Below, one piece after another: positions 24,980-31,901 of a stretch of 32,000 bases of DNA. The translations under genes were made by a program, and so were the position numbers. Position 1 is the first letter of the stretch. Each line of letters starts with the position of its first letter. The notes beneath the pieces are model-generated. The model was not told the DNA's origin. It searched no databases and was given only the letters and a program-made list of their open reading frames with translations. This DNA comes from Candidatus Saccharimonadota bacterium (lineage in GTDB: Bacteria > Patescibacteriota > Microgenomatia > UBA1406 > GWC2-37-13), in the NCBI GenBank assembly GCA_016699265.1, contig CP064967.1, positions 870,001 to 902,000 of the forward strand, given 5' to 3'.

Positions 24980-25984
24980 CTACGCAGTTTGCTCCGACTT
25001 TAGCCTCAGGTTAGCCATTTCATTAATTACCGTCTCTATACAAAGAGTTATAGGGATGGCGAGAAGCAAGCCTAAAATACCTCCGAGCTTGCCTCCAATA
25101 ATGAGAGCTGTGAGAGTAACGATGGGGTTTAGTCCTACTGCACGTCTCATTACTACTGGAACTAGGACCTGGTTCTCTACTTGTTGAATGATGAAGTACA
25201 GTACAACTACACTTAAACCAGCAAATATATTCTGAGAGGCTGTCACGATAAAGGCGGGTACAGCAGAGATCGTCGGACCTAAAATTGGAACAACTTCAAG
25301 TAGTCCTGCAAATACCGCGAGTGGAAGAGCGTATCTCACTCCAAGAACTGTAAGCCCTATGTAAGTTACGAGTCCGATTGACAACATCAGAATTAGTTGA
25401 CCCCATAGCCAAGCCCTCATCCTAAGTTCTGCTTTTTCAAAAATCTCAGAGATGGTGTCAGCATTTTTTTTATCAAAAAATTTCATAAGTAAACGTCTAA
25501 TTACATGTTCTTCAATTAGGAAATAAAAACTAAAGAAAATTGTTGAGATTAGAAAAATTACGTTTGAAAATGTACTTTTTACAAAATCAAACGCCCCATT
25601 CGTGACACTAGATCCGTACTGAGAAAATAAATTTTCACTCAGCTTTATATCGCTACCTAGCTCAATATTTTTAAGATAGTCTGGGAAGTTTTTGAATAAG
25701 ACTGCTGATTCCTTGGCAACTGGGGGGATCAGCCATGCAAATAAAGATCCTATCCCGATAATTGTAAGAGCAAAAACAACAAGAGTTGAAGCGACACGAG
25801 GAATTCGTAGCTTTTCAAACCAAGAAACAACCGGGTTGAATGCGCTCATGATGATAAACGCAATGATGAACGAAAATAAAAGCTCACGAACAACCCATAC
25901 AGCCTGTATCAGAACCAGAAAAACTACAGTAAAGACGATGGTCTTAGCTGATATCTCTATTTTATGCACGTGTTGATCCTTCAT
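24980..25984 (-). CDS. AI-2E family transporter (PerM/UPF0118)
   Basis: 334 aa, polytopic, with the family-typical C-terminal region QQVENQVLVPVVMRRAVGLNP...GILGLLLAIP. Confidence 0.85.
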   Translation of the reverse strand: MKDQHVHKIEISAKTIVFTVVFLVLIQAVWVVRELLFSFIIAFIIMSAFNPVVSWFEKLRIPRVASTLVVFALTIIGIGSLFAWLIPPVAKESAVLFKNFPDYLKNIELGSDIKLSENLFSQYGSSVTNGAFDFVKSTFSNVIFLISTIFFSFYFLIEEHVIRRLLMKFFDKKNADTISEIFEKAELRMRAWLWGQLILMLSIGLVTYIGLTVLGVRYALPLAVFAGLLEVVPILGPTISAVPAFIVTASQNIFAGLSVVVLYFIIQQVENQVLVPVVMRRAVGLNPIVTLTALIIGGKLGGILGLLLAIPITLCIETVINEMANLRLKSEQTA

Positions 25985-26012
25985 ATATATACATATAGTA
26001 CAACATCTATTA

Positions 26013-26054
26013 GTTCTTCGTTCTTCGTTCTTAGTTCTTCGTTCTTAGTTCTTT
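26013..26054. repeat. Six perfect-register tandem heptamers GTTCTT(C/A/T)
   Basis: gttcttc gttcttc gttctta gttcttc gttctta gttcttt. The last unit overlaps the comF stop codon. The array lies 29-71 nt upstream of the AI-2E transporter start on the minus strand, where it reads (G/T/A)AAGAAC. Confidence 0.85.
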
Positions 26055-26739
26055 ACCCATGCCCAAGAGAGAAGGCGTACACACGCTTTACCCCCGCTCT
26101 TTTTAATACCTCGGTTGCGGACCTAATAGTGGATCCTGTCGTGATGACGTCGTCGACCAACATCACCTCGGAGGGAAGAAGCTTTTTTTTGACCTTAAAA
26201 GCAGAGGTCGTGTTTAGATATCTTTTTAGTTTCGATTTCAATTGCGCCTGTGCGGGAGTATTGCGGACTCTTTCCAGAAGATCTATAATCTCAACTTCCG
26301 GTCTGAGCGATCGCATAAACTTACAGATTATATCTGACTGATTAAAGCCACGTGCGCTCATCCTTGAGCGATGGAGAGGTATTGGGAGTAGCGGAAGAGT
26401 CTTAAAGGGGGACCTAGATGAAAAGAGGAGAAGTCCGGTTGGAGTTATCGATAAATTCAAAAGTTCATTCAGCGCTTCTTTTGCCAGTCTGTACTTTGCG
26501 GTCTTCAGTAGCTTTTTTAAAAATGGATTATATACGTATAGTGAAACTACCCCATCTAGACCAAAGTTTCTCCTACATGAAGGGTGAGTAAAACCATACA
26601 AACTTGGCTCCCTACACTGAAAACATCTCTGTTTTTCACTAAATATCAGTCGGTTTTGACAGTTAAAACAGATGAAGCTTCCTATGGCCCCACATCCAAC
26701 GCATATCTTCGGAAATAGCAAATCCTTGATAAAATGCAT
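26053..26739 (-). CDS. comF: ComF family protein (phosphoribosyltransferase domain with N-terminal Cys4 zinc finger)
   Basis: CVGCG...CFNCQ...CFQC...HPSC, and the PRT motif VMLVDDVITTGSTI. Confidence 0.85.
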   Translation of the reverse strand: MHFIKDLLFPKICVGCGAIGSFICFNCQNRLIFSEKQRCFQCREPSLYGFTHPSCRRNFGLDGVVSLYVYNPFLKKLLKTAKYRLAKEALNELLNLSITPTGLLLFSSRSPFKTLPLLPIPLHRSRMSARGFNQSDIICKFMRSLRPEVEIIDLLERVRNTPAQAQLKSKLKRYLNTTSAFKVKKKLLPSEVMLVDDVITTGSTIRSATEVLKRAGVKRVYAFSLGHG

Positions 26740-26930
26740 GAAATAAAAGACATCTTAATAATAGAGTTACAGAACAACAAAATCAATCAACTTCGTTCAA
26801 ATAAATTAGGGCACTTCCTGACGGAATCAACACAAGTTGCAAATTTGAGGCTAAAAATTGACACTGATGTGGTTTATGGGTAGTTTGATACACTATTTAT
26901 ACTACAATTAGTGCTTGACAAGTGCTCGGT

Positions 26931-26946
26931 ACACCATATATATTGT
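26931..26946. promoter_or_regulatory. Candidate NrdR box ACACCATATATATTGT
   Basis: Matches 14 of 16 positions of the published NrdR-box consensus acaCwAtATaTwGtgt (from memory). It overlaps a TTGACA(26915-26920)-N16/17-TATATA-like promoter upstream of nrdR. A weaker box, ACACTATTTATACTAC, lies at 26890-26905. Confidence 0.45.
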
Positions 26947-26954
26947 TTTTGCGC

Positions 26955-26960
26955 TATAAT
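26955..26960 (+). promoter_or_regulatory. -10 box TATAAT, 7 nt upstream of the ATG at 26968
   Basis: gcgcTATAATattacttATG. Confidence 0.45.
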
Positions 26961-26967
26961 ATTACTT

Positions 26968-27414
26968 ATGATATGTCCGTTTTGTAAGAACGCCGATACA
27001 GAGGTCATAGAGACAAGAGTGTCAGAACAGGGTAATGTTATTCGCCGAAGAAGGAACTGTCCTAAGTGCGAGAAGCGTTTCACTACCTATGAGCGAATAG
27101 AGGAGATTCCGATGCTAGTTATCAAAAGAGATGGTAAGCGAGAACGATTTAACCCTGAGAAATTAAGAGACGGAATTCTAAGAGCTACGGGAAAGACAAC
27201 GGTCACCGCAGGGCAGATTGATGAAATAGTTTCAAATGTAGAGTCTGAGATGAGACAAAAGGATGAGACCGAGATCGACAGCAAGATAATCGGAAACTTG
27301 GTTGCTAAGTACCTTAAGAAGCTCGATAAAGTTGCGTACATCCGGTTCGCGTCGGTATTTAGACGCTTTGTGGACGTAGAAGACTTTGATAAAGAAGTAC
27401 AAAAGCTTAAGTAA
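26968..27414 (+). CDS. nrdR: Transcriptional repressor NrdR (zinc ribbon + ATP-cone)
   Basis: MICPFCKNADTEVIETR...RRRRNCPKCEKRFTTYE, then an ATP-cone (VIKRDGKRERFNPEKL...). The start is taken at the internal ATG at 26968. Confidence 0.93.
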   Translation: MICPFCKNADTEVIETRVSEQGNVIRRRRNCPKCEKRFTTYERIEEIPMLVIKRDGKRERFNPEKLRDGILRATGKTTVTAGQIDEIVSNVESEMRQKDETEIDSKIIGNLVAKYLKKLDKVAYIRFASVFRRFVDVEDFDKEVQKLK

Positions 27415-27542
27415 TTGCTTTTTGGTTATAGCGTTATATTTACATACATATAGCACTACAGCAAGATGACAATTGTAGGCGATAAGGGCGACCTAAAAAT
27501 ATCATTGCGACAATTATTAATTTTAGTATTATATAAACCCTT

Positions 27543-28727
27543 ATGAAACTCACCGGAATCTCACAAAAAGCATTCCTCGATCGATATTCGTTAAAAGATA
27601 AAAAAGGTAAACCTGTTGAAAAGACACCGGACCAAATGTGGCGTCGAATTGCAAAGTCAGTTGCCGAAATTGAAAAAAAACCTGCACGAAAACGTTGGGA
27701 AAAGGAGTTTTATGATGCTATGGACAACTTCAAGTATGTCCCAGGCGGACGAATCTTAGCCGGTGCTGGTACGGGATACGATGTAAGTTTTTATAACTGT
27801 TTTGTTATTCCATCTCCAAAAGATTCACGTGGAGGCATTTTAGACACTCTAAAACAGATGGTTGAGATTATGGCTCACGGAGGTGGAGTAGGAATCAATC
27901 TTTCATCACTTCGACCAAAAGGCGCTCGTGTTAGAAAAGTAAATGGTTTCTCCTCAGGGCCTATGAACTGGGCTGAGCTTTTCTCACTCGCCACTAAGGA
28001 TATCATTCAGCAGGGAGGAACCCGACGCGGCGCTCTTATGCTTATGCTGTGGGACTGGCACCCTGATATTGAGGAGTTTATCACCGTTAAGCAAGATCTG
28101 AATAGAATTAATGGAGCCAATCTTTCACTCTGCATTTCCGATAGCTTTATGGATGCGGTAAAAAAAGATGCTGATTGGCCATTGGTTTTCCCCGACGTCA
28201 CAGATCCTGAGTACGATGAAAAATGGAACGGCGACCTTGAGGTCTGGAAGAAGCTAGGAAAAAAAGTTAAGGTGCAACGAGTTGTGAAAGCTCGCTATAT
28301 CTGGGATCTTATTGCGGAGGCAGCATGGAAGTCTGCAGAACCAGGAGTAGTGTTTATGGAACGCTACAACAAGATGCACAACAACTACTACTGGAATCGC
28401 ATCAACTGCGTAAATCCGTGTGGTGAAGAGGGTCTCCCAGCATGGGGAGTCTGTAATCTTGGCTCAATTAATCTATCGGCCTTTGTAAGTGGCAACGATA
28501 TTGATAAAAAGGGAGTCTTTGACTATAAAGAACTCAAAAAGACAGTTGCTCAGGCAGTGCGTTTTCAGGATAACGTCGTCGATATGGATCCGTATATATT
28601 TGAGGGGATCCGTGAAACACAGTTGAATGGAGAAAGAAGGATTGGACTTGGCACAATGGGCCTTGGGGACACATTAATCAAGATGCACATTAGATATGGA
28701 TCACCCGGAGAGTCTCGAGTTCATTGA
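27543..28727 (+). CDS. nrdJ: Adenosylcobalamin-dependent (class II) ribonucleotide reductase, N-terminal segment; the frame ends after a +1 shift site
   Basis: YVPGGRILAGAG, GGGVGINLSSLRPKG and the active-site NPCGEEGLPAWGVCNLGSINL. The segment ends ...IRYGSPGESRVH*, whereas homologues continue ...IRYGSPESLEF.... Confidence 0.85.
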   Translation: MKLTGISQKAFLDRYSLKDKKGKPVEKTPDQMWRRIAKSVAEIEKKPARKRWEKEFYDAMDNFKYVPGGRILAGAGTGYDVSFYNCFVIPSPKDSRGGILDTLKQMVEIMAHGGGVGINLSSLRPKGARVRKVNGFSSGPMNWAELFSLATKDIIQQGGTRRGALMLMLWDWHPDIEEFITVKQDLNRINGANLSLCISDSFMDAVKKDADWPLVFPDVTDPEYDEKWNGDLEVWKKLGKKVKVQRVVKARYIWDLIAEAAWKSAEPGVVFMERYNKMHNNYYWNRINCVNPCGEEGLPAWGVCNLGSINLSAFVSGNDIDKKGVFDYKELKKTVAQAVRFQDNVVDMDPYIFEGIRETQLNGERRIGLGTMGLGDTLIKMHIRYGSPGESRVH

Positions 28728-29970
28728 GGAAATCTATAGACTTATTAGAGATGAAGCGTATAGGGCATCTATGGAAATCTCCCGTGAAAAAGGTTCGTTC
28801 CCTAAGTTCGAACCAGTTCCATTCTCTAAAGGTCTTTTCATTAAACAGCTACCTCAAGATCTACAGACTCAGATTAAAAAATACGGAGTCAGAAACTCTG
28901 TAATTTTGATGCAGGCTCCTACTGGAACAACGGCTCTCGTAGCCAACACTACCTCAGGAATTGAGCCTGTTTTCGAGTATGAGTTTACAAGAAAGTCCCG
29001 TCTTGGCGAAGACATTATCAGACATCACCTATACGATCAGTGGTTTAAAAAGCACGGTGAAGCATTCAAGAAAGGTGAGATCGAAAAACCAGAATACTTT
29101 GTATCCGCAAACGATCTTTCACCTGAGGACCATGTAAGAGTTCAGGCTATTATTCAGAAATACGTTGATGCCTCTATCTCAAAAACGGTTAACGCTCCCA
29201 ACTCTCAAACAGTTGAGGATGTTAAGAGGATCTATACCTTAGCCTATGATCTTGGCTGCAAAGGGATTGCATATATGAGAGACGGATCGAGACAGGGCGT
29301 CTTAATAAGGAAAGAGGAACCAGTCGCAGTAAAAGCCGTTGAGGTTTCGACTACTCCACAGTATGCGGTTCACCCACGACCTATGGTCGTACAGGGCTCA
29401 ACCTATCGTATGAATACCCCCGTTGGAACCGCCTTTATCACCATTAACACAAATGGTGGTGGGGAGCCTCTTGAGGTCTTTATTAATGTGGGCAAAGCCG
29501 GAACAGATGTCTATGCGATGGCAGAGGGATTGGGCAGAATCGTCTCATTAGCCCTTCGTTTTTCGTCACATCTTGCTCCTCATGTACGAATTAAGGAGAT
29601 AGTTGATCAGTTAGGTAGTATTGGTGGAGCTCGTGCAATGGGCTTTGGGAAAGAAAGAATCAAAAGTCTTCCTGATGCTGTTGCCAAAGCACTCGCGATG
29701 CACTATCACCTAGGAGCCTATGCTGAAGCCCCAAATGCAAATGGTCACAGTAATGGAAATGGCCACGTTACAAATGGACATGGGTCTAATCATGATGAGC
29801 CGAAACTTGTAACTGAGGTTACTCAGCCGATGCTTACAGCTGTTGCTCCAGTACCACCGCCAGTCGTCCACACTCAAAGCTTTGATATATGTCCGAGCTG
29901 CGGTGAAGCCTTATTGGCTCATGAGGAAGGTTGTACCAAGTGCTATGGATGCGGATTTAGCGCATGCTAG
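28696..29970 (+). CDS. nrdJ: Class II ribonucleotide reductase, C-terminal segment (frame +1 relative to the N-terminal segment)
   Basis: ...PESLEFIEEIYRLIRDEAYRASMEISREKGSFPKF, LMQAPTGTT, SISKTVNAP and a C-terminal Cys-rich tail CPSCG...CTKCYGCGFSAC. Confidence 0.85.
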   Translation: MDHPESLEFIEEIYRLIRDEAYRASMEISREKGSFPKFEPVPFSKGLFIKQLPQDLQTQIKKYGVRNSVILMQAPTGTTALVANTTSGIEPVFEYEFTRKSRLGEDIIRHHLYDQWFKKHGEAFKKGEIEKPEYFVSANDLSPEDHVRVQAIIQKYVDASISKTVNAPNSQTVEDVKRIYTLAYDLGCKGIAYMRDGSRQGVLIRKEEPVAVKAVEVSTTPQYAVHPRPMVVQGSTYRMNTPVGTAFITINTNGGGEPLEVFINVGKAGTDVYAMAEGLGRIVSLALRFSSHLAPHVRIKEIVDQLGSIGGARAMGFGKERIKSLPDAVAKALAMHYHLGAYAEAPNANGHSNGNGHVTNGHGSNHDEPKLVTEVTQPMLTAVAPVPPPVVHTQSFDICPSCGEALLAHEEGCTKCYGCGFSAC

Positions 29971-30101
29971 AGTGGTTGAAAAGTTATGAAGGTTGTAAAG
30001 TTAAAAAGCTTGTTAACTGGTTAATTAGTTAGCCGGTTAACCAGCATACTCACAAACAAACCTTTAAAAACCTGTAACTTTCTGAACTTTTAAAATTATT
30101 T

Positions 30102-30611
30102 ATGGCTATTTATACGCGTACTGGGGATAAAGGGACGACCGGTCTCTTCGGAGGGAAGAGGGTCTCCAAAGCTAGTGTGCTGATTGAGGCTGCGGGAGTA
30201 ATTGACGAACTTACAACGTATGTGGGTTATGTTGCGCAAGCAATTCCCGGCGTTGAAACACAAAAATCTTTAGTAGAAATACAAAAAGATCTTTACAGAA
30301 TAATGTCGGTTGTCGCCGGAGCAAATATACCTATAGCGTATCTCGAGGGTAGAGCCAAAGATTTTGAACTAAACATAGATAGAATCACGCTAAAGCTGTC
30401 AAATCTCAATAGCTTTATATTACCTGGTGGAACCAAAGATGCGTCCCTATTTCATATCCTTAGAGTATTGACTCGCAGGGCAGAAAGAGCAGTTGTTTCG
30501 GCAAAATCTGACGCTATAATAATTCAGTACTTAAATCGGTTATCCGATTTATTTTTTACATTAGCACGGAAATACGCAAAAGGAAAAGAAATTAAAATAA
30601 AAACTTTGTAA
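30102..30611 (+). CDS. pduO: PduO-type ATP:cob(I)alamin adenosyltransferase
   Basis: MAIYTRTGDKGTTGLFGGKRVSK...DELTTYVG...LPGG...LHILRVLTRRAER is the canonical PduO/MMAB N-terminal domain. Confidence 0.9.
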   Translation: MAIYTRTGDKGTTGLFGGKRVSKASVLIEAAGVIDELTTYVGYVAQAIPGVETQKSLVEIQKDLYRIMSVVAGANIPIAYLEGRAKDFELNIDRITLKLSNLNSFILPGGTKDASLFHILRVLTRRAERAVVSAKSDAIIIQYLNRLSDLFFTLARKYAKGKEIKIKTL

Positions 30612-30770
30612 ATGCTGGTTTGGGGAATCCCGTGTAATTCGGGAACAGTGCCGCTACGGTGATGCCGGTGGTCAGCAATCAGGAGTCAGATCTCAGAACT
30701 GACGACTGAAAACTGAAAACTAGTTAGTCCGACTACCAAACAAGCTCAAAACCCCGAGCAGGGAATATAT
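30612..30770 (+). promoter_or_regulatory. Cobalamin riboswitch-like 5' leader (compact, class-II/variant-like aptamer plus expression platform)
   Basis: GCUGGUUUGGGGAAUCCCGUGUAAUUCGGGAACAGUGCCGCUACGGUGAUGCCGGUGGUCAGC carries the conserved cobalamin-aptamer strings GGGAA, CGUGnAAUUCG hairpin, CCGCnACnGU and AUGCC. It is closed by GCUGG/UCAGC. A B12-box-like AAUCAGGAGUC follows. The SD-like AGGGA at 30760-30764 lies 6 nt before the ATG at 30771. Confidence 0.65.
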
Positions 30771-31892
30771 ATGACAGTAGAACAAGTACGACCTCGCGTC
30801 GAAGAAGCTAAGCCTCAGACAACCTCAGATATTTTTAAGTACTACAGCGTTCCCAACGAAATCGCGTTTCTTGACAGAGTTCGTCAAGGTGGTGTTGGCC
30901 TGCAAGATTCTGACATATATGTCCAGGAAAATGTCGAGCGCTTTTTAGGAGAGTTTGCGGGGCAGGTCCCTTACACTAGAATTTCATATCTGCAGAAGGA
31001 CGGCCTACTAAAGTATGCTGGAATGGACCTTACCGAATCGTACAGGAGTACTAGCAAAAACAGTGATAGGGAGCTTGATGAATGTATCGGGTATGAAAAA
31101 ATTCAGGCAGGATTTGGAAACGGCGCTCATACGGCTGTGTGGATTAGCCCACCCAAAATCGCGGACTACGGGTTTGTATTCTTCTTTCAGAGAGACCCAC
31201 AAAATCCAGAACATGTCCGTGAATTCATACTTAGATATAATGAGCGTAAGGGCGATCTGGCAACGAGCCAAAAGATTCTGGACAGGATCGATCCACTCCA
31301 GTCGTTCTCAACAGATAGAGATTATCTGCAGCGGCCACACATATTTTTCGAACAAGACGGTAACCATCCAACTCTACAAACTATCATGGCTGGTGTTGGA
31401 ATTTCTTCCAAGCAGATTGAAAGCTCCAAACAATTTGAAGAGCGAGTCCGCGCCGAACTTGGTGGCTGGACCAATCAATATTCTCAAGCAGTTTCTCATG
31501 GAGATGTTGATCTGGCTAAATTAGTACTCCGATCGATTTATAACCGAGCATGCGAAATTAAAAAAGAGATCGATGGTGGTGCGGGCACATATGCTCCACC
31601 TAGGGCGCTTCCTATTGACGGCACTTTACTACACTTTTATGCGAAGCAGGAAAGACCAGTGAGTCAGGGGAGCTGCCCTGTCTCACAAACCAACTTTGAA
31701 GATCCTTTTAGTCCAACCTCTATCATGGACCAACTCGTTGCAGGAAATACACTAAACAACGTCGTCACGGAGACTCAACATTTCACATGCCCAAACTGTA
31801 ATCACAAAGCAGATGGACCCGTAGGCGATCAGTGTCCTTCATGCAGTATTACCCGCGCTCAATGGGCAGAAAAGGGCAATAAGGTCTGTTAA
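30771..31892 (+). CDS. Hypothetical cytosolic protein (373 aa) with a C-terminal CxxC...CxxC zinc ribbon
   Basis: Clean ORF with no TM segment or signal peptide. The C-terminus reads HFTCPNCNHKADGPVGDQCPSCSI. I recognise no other family motif. Confidence 0.6.
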   Translation: MTVEQVRPRVEEAKPQTTSDIFKYYSVPNEIAFLDRVRQGGVGLQDSDIYVQENVERFLGEFAGQVPYTRISYLQKDGLLKYAGMDLTESYRSTSKNSDRELDECIGYEKIQAGFGNGAHTAVWISPPKIADYGFVFFFQRDPQNPEHVREFILRYNERKGDLATSQKILDRIDPLQSFSTDRDYLQRPHIFFEQDGNHPTLQTIMAGVGISSKQIESSKQFEERVRAELGGWTNQYSQAVSHGDVDLAKLVLRSIYNRACEIKKEIDGGAGTYAPPRALPIDGTLLHFYAKQERPVSQGSCPVSQTNFEDPFSPTSIMDQLVAGNTLNNVVTETQHFTCPNCNHKADGPVGDQCPSCSITRAQWAEKGNKVC

Positions 31893-31901
31893 GATGAAAG
31901 A

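Noticed and set aside
26013-26054. Possibility that the short tandem repeats are a CRISPR array
   Set aside because: The units are 7-14 nt with no unique spacers between them and no cas genes, so they are not CRISPR.
25692-26341. Plus-strand ORFs 25692-25976 and 25964-26341
   Set aside because: They are antisense to the AI-2E transporter and comF genes, and the second also runs through the heptamer repeat.
27543-29970. Intein or intron as the cause of the nrdJ interruption
   Set aside because: The two frames join seamlessly (IRYGSP|ESLEF) after removal of a single base. There is no inserted block and there are no intein splice motifs.
30017-30044. Hairpin CTGGTTAA-N12-TTAACCAG after nrdJ as an intrinsic terminator
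   Set aside because: It has an 8-bp AT-rich stem, a large loop and no downstream U-tract, which is not convincing as a rho-independent terminator.
30681-30685. AGGAG inside the riboswitch region as a ribosome-binding site for a small leader ORF
   Set aside because: No ATG, GTG or TTG follows at a usable distance. The string is better explained as part of the B12-box-like segment.
31015-31524. 169-aa alternate-frame ORF (and minus-strand 31008-31271) inside the 373-aa orphan gene
   Set aside because: It is shorter, is nested in the longer ORF that starts right after an SD-like AGGGA, and has no motifs. It cannot be excluded without conservation data, but it is not supported.
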